Shown: positions 52,333-64,000 of the stretch, in pieces | How positions within the stretch are numbered: position 1 is the stretch's first letter | How the letters are laid out: each line of letters starts with the position of its first letter | DNA from: Phoronis australis | Lineage: Eukaryota; Animalia; Phoronida | Reading direction: 5' to 3' | NCBI GenBank assembly: GCA_002633005.1 | Contig: NMRA01000119.1 | Location: 436,650 to 500,649, forward strand | DNA length: 64,000 bases | Program-made: the position numbers and the translations under genes | Notes under the pieces: model-generated | The model's database searches: none | What the model saw: only the letters and a program-made list of their open reading frames with translations | What the model was told of the DNA's origin: nothing

Positions 52333-52459
52333 GGGGTCTAAAATTTTTACTCGAAATTGAATTCGAAGTTAGTTTTAACATTTTCCAGCCTCCTTTAATG
52401 ATTGAAAAATCTTAAAAATAGTTCGATTTTGATTTCGAGTAAACATATTACTCCCCAGG
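52333..52459. mobile_element. Short palindromic MITE-like element
   Basis: GGGG..AAAT.TTTACTCGAAAT ... ATTTCGAGTAAACATATTACTCCC inverted arms. Confidence 0.5.
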
Positions 52460-53039
52460 CCACGGTATTAAACATATGAACTTTTGATCTTCAAACATAA
52501 TTTCATTGTGATAAAAATAGCTTGAAATTAAATTCCCTTAACAGTCACACTGTCAGCGAATGAAACAAACCCATCTCGTTGAAGCAATAGTGACCAGTCA
52601 GTTCTTAAAGTCTGGAATTTCTTTCTAATCTGACTTAGGAACACGTTCAAGCCAATTGTATCAAATTTAGGACAATAAAACGCCTGAATAAAAGGTTGGT
52701 TTTGACTGGGTGTTTGGGAAATACAGGATAATGATCGTCATGAGGTGACCAATCAGCCTTCGCTGCTAAGTTACTAAACGTCATTTCATGACCAATCATC
52801 ACCAGAATAGATCACACCCGTCTCTGCTGAGGTGCTAGTTTAGGAAGCAGCCAGGCATGAGTTTCTGTGGTGTAGAAATTCAAGTACCACACATATTTTT
52901 CAGATTGTCAAAAAACTGTCTGTTCGACACCCATTGTTTACTCAGTACTTGGTCAAGGAAACACGTGATCTCACAAGTTAGAGGACATACGTGTACAAAT
53001 GATACATTCTATCTATTTTCTACGTGTTTACAGAAAAAA

Positions 53040-53584
53040 ATGAACAACCTCAAGTTTTTGACAGTTTTGCTGTTAGTCTGCACCGCCATGGAGTTCGTCG
53101 ACGCCAGGTATTTATTCAGTCGACTAATTCAGTTTTGCATTTGTGGGTATTAGTAAGAATCAGTGTTTCCAAGTTGTATAAAAACTCTAAAAGAACCAAC
53201 GATGAAGTCAAACTTGAATAATCGCAATACAGAAACCCACATCAATATGTAATCATCCAAATGCAAATGTATAAAAAAGATTATATTCGTTTTATAAAAC
53301 TTCATTTAAGGAATTTATCGTAACATGAAATCGCAACATGCCTTTGAGACTGTATTTCTCAAATCAAATGAAAACTTTGTCGTAACGCCGAAGTGAGCTA
53401 AATATTCCTCAACAGAATTCACACGTCTTATTTCTCCACTTTGGTCGTCATTTATGCGTCTTTCTTCTTCAGGATTCCCCCACCGGGTCTCGTCGCCGAC
53501 AAGACCGTCAACGCCGCTCTGACTAAGCGAGAGGCAGCCGTGCCAGACGCGGCTGAGGTGAAGCTGGCAGCCAAACGACGCTAA
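53040..53584 (+). CDS. Putative small secreted prepropeptide, 59 aa, 2 coding exons
   Basis: Exons 53040-53107 and 53473-53584, joined by a phase-2 intron (AG|GTATTT ... TTTCTTCTTCAG|G). Protein: MNNLKFLTVLLLVCTAMEFVDA RIPPPGLVADKTVNAALT KR EAAVPDAAEVKLAA KRR*. Both exons are GC-richer than the flanks. A good acceptor (TTTTCTACGTGTTTACAG) just 5' of the ATG implies an upstream UTR exon. Confidence 0.65.
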
Positions 53585-54328
53585 CCGCCTGGCGTACGTA
53601 GAATGTAGGGTTTTTCTTGTCAATGTCATTGTTATATTATTTGCAAGGCAGCTCACTTGGCCATATTGGTTTACACAATTCATCATATATTGTGTGTACC
53701 AGTTATAGTAACCACGATTGCGAAAAATTTCAAGAAAACACGTTATATCGCTTTCGTGGCTACGAAGCATCTTCAGGAGAACGAATGTTCAGATAGGAAG
53801 TCAGTTACACCAACCACTTCGACGGTCACTGTTTTGCTAGAATAGTATGGCAAGCTCCCGAACATACTCGCGAAATTTCCCTCACACAATATTACGAGAT
53901 CTTGCATTTCTCACAAGAAACTTTATGCTGAATGTTCTCCTAGTTCAGGTTGCCTTTCAGTTAATAGTGAGTTTTAACATTGCCGAAGAGTCTTAAGGAA
54001 TAGTTTTCCGTTGTGATTGTCTCAGATAATTATCCTAGTATAGGCCACCACCAACAGAGAGATAGTACGTCTCTCCATCCAATGCAAATTAGTTCTACTC
54101 ATAGGTTTTACCTGTCGGAAAAACGAATCACGAGGATTTTGTCTCGCTGTGCTTGAGTAACGCAGAATGGCGATTCTTAACCAACTACTTTTCATAATTA
54201 TGACCTACATTTCACAGCTTCTGACGTCATTCGGATGGCGTGCGATTTGCCGCAGGTGATGAGAGAGATCGTGAACCAGGAAGTGTAGATCCCTGATCTA
54301 AGATGGCGAATTTGATTGGGATTTTCCA

Positions 54329-57300
54329 TATTTCTTATGTCTGACGTTGAATCAACTCTTTGCTCTAAACCCAACTTAAAAAGATTAATGTATAAGAATG
54401 ACTAAGATGAGAGCGTTCAGAAAATTTTTCGAACGTGGTTTGGTGGCTGGTCTAAAAGCGGGTATTGTCATTAAGAAAGTGACTCGTTCACCAAACAAGT
54501 CAGCCAAATAAGCAGATTCGTTTTGCTGTTCGCGAGATTAATGGTCAATAGATGTCACATAAAAACTTTTGCTGTTCACTGGTCAAACAAACTGATCGCC
54601 AGTAATAATAGGAGACGATTAGGCTTACATGAACGTCTGTATTTCGTCGAAGAGCAACCTGGAGAGGAGAACCAAGTACACAAATAATGGCGCAACGTCT
54701 CTTTAACTTTAAATGGACAACGTTCGTACGGACTCCAGAACTATAACGGATAAAGTCTATAGTACTTAAGGTCTATAAATACGAAAGGGTTATAGTGACG
54801 AACTATAAGAACAAACATTTTAATGTGTTTTGAATTAAAATTAAAAACAAAGTCCTGTAGACGTGCTGGGAGGCGACGGGTCCTCGTAGAGCGTCGAGGA
54901 GGGACATCAACTGCTTCGGAAGTGACATCAAGTGGACCGGAGTTGATAGGCACAGCCAAATTCTCGGACGGTGTATGATCGACCGGGGCCAATTCAGAGC
55001 GAGCTTCGGGAGCGGGAGGCTCAAGTGGAGGTTGTGAGATGGGCGTTGGCCTTGAGGATAGTGGCGTAACAGGATTGCCATCGTCACCTCGTTCAAAGCT
55101 GGAAGAGGAAGCCCCGAGGATAGTGAGGGGACCATCTCGTGAGGGACTTTGTAGCACTCCGTATCCGTAACACGATAGGATGTGGAACGAAGTTGGTTGC
55201 CAATAAATTTCTGAATGTTGAGCCAAGAGCCGTCGCGACTAACCACGAGATAGCGAGGACGGGAGCGGGTCTCGTCGTGATCACCATAGAGATAAACTAA
55301 ATCCCCAGCTGTAGCGTTGCTCGTGGGAGGGAGTCTAGCTATAGGAGCCTTAGCTCTCGAGCTGGGTTCATGGTTCCTTTCACGTTTGGGTCGCTGTGCC
55401 TCAATCAGGTTGAGTTCGGTGACGGGTATTTGGTCGCAGGTAAATTGGTCACGTTGGAATAGCATCTCTCGGGCAGATAATCCTCTGGAACGTAGCCGAC
55501 TGCTAAGTCGGGCAACTGCGAGTGAAAGTTGCAAAGATGTTACCTTGCCATGGACGAAGTGTGCACGTAGTAACTCATCGGAAAGATCTTCACTAGCCTT
55601 TTCAGCGACTGGGTTGTGATTGGGATTCTTAACGCGGCCAAGTTCAATAGTAATCCCTGTGTCGTTTAAGGAGATCATTGTCCTTCAGAGCACTGAAGCC
55701 TGGAGCCTAATCGGTACGGACAACTAATGGAGGACCATCCAAAGGACAAAGTTCTATGCACATTTGAAGAAGACAATCTCGTAAGTCGTCACGGCGTTCA
55801 CTCTCGACAATGCGTGAGACCGGGTGTAGGAGGACACACATTCCCGCAGCACGAGGATCAATTGGCGATCACTTTTCATGACATCTGTAGCGAAAGATAG
55901 ACCGACGGTGGGGCGAGGGTCAGACAAATCTGTGATCAACGTCTTGGGGAATTTTTGAAGGGAGCAACACTGGTGGCAAGATTTGGAAAATCTGTAAATG
56001 GCGGAGTCCAAGTCGAGGGCGTAGAAGTAACGTTGGGTAACTAGCCTCAGCTAATTGGATGAGGGATGATCCAAGCGGAGGTGAAGAGCCATGAGTAAAC
56101 CGTTTACGACAGAACGGGGAACAACTACGCATTCGCGAGTCGGGGAGAGGGGTGCATTTCTACGGACAACTAGTAAACCGTCGCTAGCTACCTTGACAAT
56201 GTTTAGCTAACGCTTCACATCAGTCAGCTTCGTACTGGGACGCGTACCCTGAGTGAGATGAGCTTGAGTACGGTGAATGTCCGAGCACTCGGTTTGGATA
56301 CTATGCCAACCAGAGCGGGTAGTGAACGGAAGCCTCGACACACCCGATAAGACGTCATCTGTGGAAGAATGAAAGACCACACAATCTTCGGTAGAGCCCA
56401 CGAAGGAGCATACCTGGCACGCCATGTCTGAACACTCAATACTATATCGGCTTGCGAAGTCTGGTGCGGTGTTCGCGGCACCTGAAACATGGCGAACAGT
56501 AGCTTGGAACCGAGATACAGCTGACAAAAATGTAGACACTCGAGGGCTCAAAGAAAATTCACCTCTACATAAGCGATCAAAGGCCTGTACACTTAGCTTA
56601 GTGTCAGTGAGAACCGTAGCACGATGCTGGGACTGGATGAGGTATGGGCTGAGGTGCTTCAAGCCCATATCAATTGCCAAAGCTTCAACTTCACAGGGAA
56701 GCCAAAGTACTTGGCGGGACTTAAGTTTGGCACTGAAGAAGGAAGCAATCTTGGGCTTTCCTTATCTCGTAACATATAGGGTAGCTACTATCCCTGGGTG
56801 CTTGGCAGAGGCGTCTGTCACAATCCATAGGTTATCCTCAGGACCGGGAGTGTGATGATCTTTAAGACGAGAGTGCCTTCTGGGTGGCAGAAAATGCACT
56901 GATTAATTCATCAGACCATTTCAATGGATCCTTGGAATCGCGAGCTGAAATAGCATCATCCAGTGGAGACATATAGGCGGAGAAATGAAAGATAACCCTA
57001 GACAGAACATTGAAGGCACCAATGAATGAACGCATCTGACCCACGGTTGTAGGCTTGTTGCAGGAACCAAGAGTAGCGATGTGATGACTGCTAGCATGAA
57101 GGGTGCCACCGGAAGAGGAGTAACCAAATTATACGTACGGACAAAGTACAAAAAATAATGGCGGATAATAAACCGGTTAATATTCCGGCACATTTTAGTT
57201 TCAAAAACTAAAAGTTTTGGAAGCTCGAGCAACCAATAAGAAGTGTTTTGTCACCCACTTGAAATAGGACGATGAAAATTACTGTTTCTTTTATCTCATT

Positions 57301-58006
57301 TTAAGAGCTTCTGTCAATCCTCGGGGGTGTTGACTTTAAGCATCTATGCAGTTATTTTTAAGAGGTTTGTACCTTCAGCTGGTTGACAGCTGTGAATTGA
57401 GCAGAGAAGTGAAAAGTAGTTAGACACCTTCATATTTCTTATGTCTGACGTTGAATCAACTCTTTGCTATAAACCCAGCTTAAAAAGATTAATGTATAAG
57501 AATAAGTTAAGATGAGAGCGTTCAGAGAATTCTCGAACGTGCTTTGGTGGCTGGTCTAAAAGCGGGTATTGTCATTAAGAAAGCGATGACTGCTAGCCTG
57601 AAGGGTGCCACCTTCCCATATCCAACCTAGGATAGTCGTGCGCTTGGGGGAAATGACCGGAAGAGGAGAAACCAAATTATACGTACGGACAAAGTACAAA
57701 AAATAATGGCGGATAATAAACCGGTTAATATTCTGGCACATTTTAGTTTCAAAAACTAAAAGTTTTGGAAGCTCTAGCAACCAATAAGAAGTGTTTTGTC
57801 ACCCACTTGAAATAGGACGATGAAAATTACTGTTTCTTTTATGTCATCCTCGGGGGTGTTGAGTTTAAGCATCTATGCAGTTATTTATAACAGGTGTGTA
57901 CCTACCGCTGGTTGACAGCTGTGAATTGAGCAGAGAAGTGGAAAGTAGTTGGACACCTTTGTATTCAATTTTTATCCCATGACACTGCCATTTGGACACC
58001 TTCATA
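54329..58006 (+). repeat. Rearranged tandem duplication [A-Gypsy-B] x2
   Basis: A 54329-54479 matches A' 57433-57582. B ~57108-57434 matches B' ~57654-58006. A short Gypsy RT piece (57583-57655) sits between A' and B'. Confidence 0.8.
54580..57110 (-). mobile_element. pol: Degenerate, 5'-truncated Ty3/Gypsy LTR retrotransposon (RT end, RNase H, integrase)
   Basis: RT/connection MRSFIGAFNVL..LKWSDEL; RNase H LWIVTDAS...WLPCEVEALAI...VLTD; integrase HHCC LHLRLDH...CHQC; core FATDVMK, VRTD, NPVAEKA; C-terminal PRRSTRTRRLPARLQDF. Multiple stops and frameshifts. Gypsy domain order. Confidence 0.9.
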
Positions 58007-59183
58007 TTCAATTTGTAGCTTATAACACTGCAAATGTTTGGGGAGCACATGCCCCCTGACTGTGTCAACGTACCTTTTAAAGCGACTATAAACCTACGTT
58101 TCGCCCAAAAAAGTTTCCACCAATTACTGACCGTTGCGAAATAGCTCTCAAATTGCTCCTTAGTCACATCGTAGGAAGATACAGGGTCTCAAAAAATGAC
58201 ACTTCGAATGATTAGTGATTGCAACCAAGTTGGGCTACCAGGGCGGTTCCATTTTATGTGTCCAGCATGACCATACCATGGGCGGCGCAGCACTGAAATA
58301 AGTGGGGTGCTATAGCCCGCCCAGCCCCCTATGGTGCGCCGCCGATGGCATGAAAGGAGCGCTTTATGGCAGCCTCAATTACCCTGCTCAAATGTAGGCA
58401 TTGCGCAGATCGTAATAACAAAAGTGACGCATAACTATGGAGTAAATCAACCCAAAATCCTGGAAGTCCAGCGAATGTTCGTGAGCAAAGTACGCTGCTC
58501 ACGTGATAAGAAATGTCATTAACGCAAAAAGACCGGAGTCACTGCTCACTAGGAACTGAAGTGCAGTTGACGAGACTACTGCTGTTCCCCCAGTGTCTAC
58601 TCCATTTTGGAGACGATGGTAGTTACCAGATTTAGACATTTTCCAAGAAATGCTGTGCCTATTATGTCATTTTGTATCTATGAGCATCCCTTGACTAGTA
58701 CCGTTTGCACTGCACTATGGGCGCACGTCAATGCTTCGTGATGCTCGTGTGCTTCGTATGAGCACAAGTTAGGCCTTATTGACCATTTTCTTCTGAAGTA
58801 GCCTACATTATTATTATATACAGATGTGTGAATTGATTATGCAGAAATATGAGACACTTGAATTCATATTCAAATGCGCACCTTGTGTTTTGGGTCGTGA
58901 AATTCACTCCGAATATCGCTGTACTCGTCTGCGCACATCAATTTACTCAGGCACATATTAGATGTTGAGTTCATACTTCAACAGAAAACGTTGAAGTTCG
59001 ATTTCGAAAGGAGAGATCGGACGTTTTGGTCCAGGGTGTGATCTCCGAACTCAGACTTGACTTAACTCAGACTGAGTCGAATTGTAACCAAAAACACTGT
59101 ACTCAAGTAATAAATTGTAACTTAATCGAATCGCATCATGACATGCAATTGATCAGTTTTCAAGACTAACTACCATCTATGCG

Positions 59184-59382
59184 GAGGCAGCGTGGCCTGG
59201 TTGATAAGTGCCCGCTTTCTTTACTCGAGGTCATGGGTTCAAGTCTCACCAAGTCACACTGCTCAGCTCGGTTTTAACCATATATTAATAAAGCATGAAA
59301 ATATTTCCAGGTGATCAGTGCAATGGGCCCACATGCGAGGTTTGCGCACGTCTGGTACAACGTGTATCAGACCACCTGCAAT
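59184..59382 (+). mobile_element. tRNA-derived SINE-like repeat (family C)
   Basis: GAGGCAGCGTGGCCTGGTTGATAAG...GGGTTCAAGTCTCACC; matches the reverse complement of 37395-37615. Confidence 0.75.
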
Positions 59383-61784
59383 TACTTTTTTATATTATTT
59401 TAACTATGCGGCACGTTTCTAGGAGTTGTGCAACTAATATGATATGGTCCGTGGTGGTCCGTTTTCACTTGTGTCAATTCCGATGTTTAGTGATGACGTA
59501 TGTGGCACTATTATGACGCATTCGGACCCACAAATGCAATGTACAGTCACATCACATTTTCAAAAATTTTGCAAATCTTGGATTTTTTCAGATTCAAATT
59601 AACCACAAGGGCAACTTAGCACTCGATTTTTTTTTTTAAATTATGCGTTTTGATTAATCGGTGTGCTCCGACAACGGTTACACTCAGTGTGTGCTCCCCG
59701 ATAGATGAGAAGGAGTAAGATTGTCCAGATCTGTAGCCAATATAACAATGTTCCAGGTCCTTAATAATTTACAGCGATACATAAATTTGACCTAACTATT
59801 ATCAATACTGTTTTTAATTGATGCATTTTAATTGTATTTGACTGGGTCCGAAACGTCAAAATGATATACTAATTACAAGGCTAATTTGATTGGCATTTTT
59901 ATTCATTGTTACAGTTTTGGTGTTAGCCATAGACAGATCTGCTACGGCCGCAAGCTCCAACAGTTCAAATCATTGGTGTATGTTTAGACATTGGTTAGCA
60001 AATATAATACAATTCCAAAAAGTCACATCTCGTTGTTAATTACTTACGTTCATAACCGATAACTAAATGAATTTGCCAAATGTCTAAATTGTATTGGTGG
60101 TTAAATATCAAGTTATATGTAAATATAAGCTATTTAATATTTGTACTTTATTACAAAGAGCATTTTAATTTAATTTTAAAATCTGTCTCATCCAAAAAAA
60201 TTCCCGAAAATGCGTTTCTTCAGTGTCATTTTGATTTTTTATCATTCAGTATGTTGAGTATGATTTTATGAATTGCTTCAATTTCTGAATAGACAGCAGA
60301 CAGCGCCACCTCTCGGTACCATATTAGGGGAATATAAAATGTGCAACTTGAAAATATGAGGAATTTTCAAAATATCCAATGTTTGCAGATAATTCTCGTC
60401 ACACAGAAAAATTGCGTTAACGAGTGTTTCAGAGCTGCAGCGGACAATGAAGCTGTTGTTATTATCATTTCATAGTCCAAAACCTGGTTTAGTATAAATA
60501 TTAATAATTCGCAATACATTTAGAAATCTTACCTCATAAACTTATAAGGAGCACGCTACCGAATGTATTAGTTTTTTTACATATGCACTATTTCACCTAA
60601 CGCAATGGAAAAGAAATAGTCCTCTCTTTCAGAACAGAAATTCGCTTAACAATTACAACCATGACACAAAGCAACTTACAGAGACAAGAAACAGGTTCCA
60701 AAAAGTCAAAACGTCATACCCGACGAAAGTTTAAAGCCAGCAAATATAAACAAACTACCCACAAAGTAGGCGTACCTTCCAATTTTTGCTCTTAATTTCC
60801 ATGAAACAAATTGAAAATAATTCAAACACACTTATATGTTCACCACGACATTCCTGGCAATTTTATTTTGACAAAAATTTGACAAATACACATGAATACC
60901 ACCTAGCCATATTACAACAGTTTACATGCTGAAATTGTCACCATCCTGTGCAGAGATTATGGGATGTCCTTGGTAACAAAACACCAGACCATACAGATAT
61001 ATGATTATGGAGGGCCTAATCGATAAGTCTGTACATTTTAGTCAAATATCTTCAAAATAAAGAAATTTTAATAAAACTCGATAATGTCTTCTGAAAGTAA
61101 AAAGCCTGTAGGCGGCCAACTGTCATTAATTGGATCACACGAACATGCAGGGCCAGGCATGGCAAAACAACAGTATCAACAACAGGGTCAAATTTCATTT
61201 GAAATCTATGCTTAAGATGAAATTTGAAAAAAAAAACGCTGTGAAAGTTACATAAAATAGCATTTGTTTTCGTTTAATGGAACTTTTGAATTCATTCATA
61301 AAAATCGGAAAACCCCTACTTTTTATAGACCTTCATGCAAAAGTGGAATATTTTGAAAATAATTGCAAACAACGTTTTGGAAACCAGTGCTTAAAACACT
61401 GCATCTAAGTACATTTTCGGGGTTTTTATCTTACGTTGAAGAAGGTGGATTTACTACCAAAAAATTCACATGACAAAAAATGATGTAACGCATTGTTCCA
61501 TGTAAACGCCCATTGCTCATTTGAACTCCCATCCTGAACTTTTTAGTGAAGATCGTTAAGCGCCGGGGTATGCCCCTTTTAACGCTCAATCCCCACTTTT
61601 TAAAAAGGTTCCTTGAGCATCTACCAGGCCCTGAAATTTTATGAGTCATTCGGAAGCAATTTTGTTAAATATTTTCCAATGTCACATTTTTTACTCGAAA
61701 AACATTTCGGGAACGTGATGTGAGGTGGGAATATGTAATCGTTTAGCTTTTGAATGGTATAATTCATCTAAAAATAATACAAGT

Positions 61785-62462
61785 TTGCCCCCCCTCCCGC
61801 CCAGAAAAGTTTTCTGTTTTTTCCTTTAAAAATCAAGCATTTTCCTTGATTCCTGAAGTATTATCCATGAAAAAAGGCAAAGAAATACGGAGAACGTATC
61901 AAACAGCGAAAACTTAAAATACCACAAACTTGAACTCACGAACTGGCGGATAGTGCGCGCGTGCTTTACCACTACAGCACCACTACGTTGGTAGTAAAAG
62001 ACCTACTTGTTTATGGTCCACAGTGTTTGCGCGCGAAACCTACTTCTTTTTGTAATACTTATTACACGTTTTATATTTTGTGCAATCGGTTCGTAACAAA
62101 TTTGTTAGTGTATTTAAAATAGTTCTATTGCACAAAAGACAAAACCCGTTTTTCGTGTTGGCAATAATGACGCCGGGGATTGCTTTGGAAATCGTCTTAA
62201 GTTAAGGTTTGACAAAGAGAGAATTATGAGTTTTTGAGTGATTTACTAAAGCTTCGATTAAAATTCACATCTTACCAGCAGCTTCTATTTTTCATCGTCA
62301 CTCAGGTTCCATTTTCTTTAAAAAATGAAGTAATTTTCTTCATTGCACAGTGGAGCAGACGACGGAAACGGAGTCGTAGTGCTCAGCGCCACTGCTCAGT
62401 GGTCGCCTGGGGTATCGCGAGAGAGCCTATACTTAGCCGTAGTTCCGTTACGACTGCGCCAT
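61785..62462 (-). mobile_element. Family A repeat copy (one end truncated)
   Basis: Matches 44690-45355 directly and 9853-10540 as reverse complement. Confidence 0.8.
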
Positions 62463-62979
62463 GTTCCGAACCTGAGCCCCCCCCCCAACACTAACTGTTT
62501 AATAAATTAATTCCTAATCAAAATAAAAATCAATCTTGTTTTGAAAATTCAATCCAATCATATAATTTCAATTCTGCTTTATATATTCAATGCTATTTCA
62601 AAAATTAAAATATCAATCCTATTTTAGACATCAAATGCTATTTTATGAATTCACCCCCTATTTATGTGTGAATTCATTCCTCTTTTATATATCAATCATG
62701 TTTTGTAGATTCAGTTAACAAGCAAATCCAGTCTGTTTTGGGTTCTGCTAATTTTTTCTGACCCTGTTGGCATATTCACCTCGTGTTCCGTCGACAACAA
62801 GAATGCACCAGGCGGAACGTGGCTCCACGCCTCACCGGTGAACTGATGACAACGAAACAAAAATCATTTTTTATTTTTAAATAATTTTTATACTTTCCGC
62901 TGCCCTACAACTGAGGCATGAAAATACATCAGTTGATTAAGCTGCGGTCGGCTCAGCTATCAGCTCGCAGCGATGGCCC

Positions 62980-63224
62980 AGCCAGCACGCAGGTATCATG
63001 CAATATAGCACGCGCTTTAGCATTCGTGGTCAGTGTAACCTCGGCAGTCATTGGTGAAAAAATGGCGGACTGTGAACGATTTTTAGCCTTGTCATGCAAG
63101 TGGCGTCGCAGCAACTATTTCATTTCTGCAGTCTACGTTTAATAGCCGCGTACTTGATCAAAGCGCATGCGTGCTGGCGCGGCTACCGCCCCACCTAGCG
63201 GCAAGCAGGGAACCCGGCAGCGAG
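62980..63224. mobile_element. Internally deleted family-E element
   Basis: Joins segments matching ~16366-16506, ~17750-17805 and ~18128-18181. Flanked by CGATGGCCC at 62971-62979 and 63225-63233. Confidence 0.8.
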
Positions 63225-64000
63225 CGATGGCCCACGTATTCGCTCGGCTCACTAGTAGAATCTTCCTGGTAGAATGAACATCCTCTGTACTTTGCACTAG
63301 CAAAATTGAAAATGAACGTTCGCCGCATCAATTAGTAGGGCCTAACCATGGAAGAGAGGTGGATTCTTAGAACAATATTTGGAAAACAAAGCTCCAGTCA
63401 TTTGTCTGTTATAAGCCAACATTTACATCTCTGGCTACTGGATTTTCAGTTGTCCGTTTTGGCTGCCAATATGACTGTCTACACAACGGTTTTTAACATT
63501 TTACAAAACTCAACGAGACTTTCCTCCAAGTCTTCATTGAGGATTTGACTTGACCAGATTAGTTGAGACTGATGCATTGTGGGATTTCATATTTTGCAGC
63601 TTTCGAATTCGATCCCATGACGAATCTATCCCTGCTGAAAATTCAAGCCAAAACCCAATTAGAATTGTTAACTGAAGCGCAAGTTTCAATTACCCCATTC
63701 CCTGCCAACACAATAGAGAGCCAGCTGGCTGGCCTGCCTCAGTTAAGATGGCATCATAAAATTCTCCAACTGAATAGGACTACTTGTGACCTTCTTTTTG
63801 ACCTGGATTTTCATATGGAGGAACCAGAAACCTGTTATATGGTAGTTACATTGGCTGAGAACGAATTTTGTAGAAACGTTACATCCCAATAGGTTGGTTG
63901 CACTTACATTGCAATTATTTTACAATAAATGAAGTAATATGAAAGATAAGCAATATATCTAATCACACAAGTTTTTATTTTTAAAACATGCATACAAATA

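Noticed and set aside
53315-53770. 151-aa minus-strand ORF
   Set aside because: Antisense shadow of the GC-rich peptide exon; no recognisable protein features.
55317-56855. Plus-strand ORFs of 100 and 143 aa
   Set aside because: Antisense to Gypsy pol.
59184-59260. tRNA gene
   Set aside because: SINE-like head; the acceptor stem is not formed and it is followed by a shared repeat body.

Overview
This is AT-rich, repeat-dense eukaryotic (metazoan, probably invertebrate) genomic DNA from a draft assembly. It has one 226-nt N gap and several single-N joins. I reconstructed three spliced genes by hand from GT-AG sites. (1) A minus-strand purple acid phosphatase (ACP7-like) has 8 exons in the window and runs off the left edge. 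(2) A complete plus-strand 10-exon, 431-aa gamma-butyrobetaine-dioxygenase-family (BBOX1/TMLHE/TmpA-like) gene carries a putative mitochondrial presequence and is followed, in intron 8, by four decayed tandem copies of exon 8. (3) A small 2-exon gene, not recovered as one ORF by the track, encodes a 59-aa secreted prepropeptide with dibasic cleavage sites. The rest is transposon debris: a decayed Gypsy pol inside a rearranged tandem duplication, an L1/Tx1 LINE fragment, hAT and THAP transposase remnants, tRNA-derived SINE-like repeats, several MITE families with visible TIRs/TSDs, a ~1-kb direct duplication flanking a ~300-bp satellite, and a possible decayed virus/Polinton-like block. All calls are from manual reading; no database searches were run.
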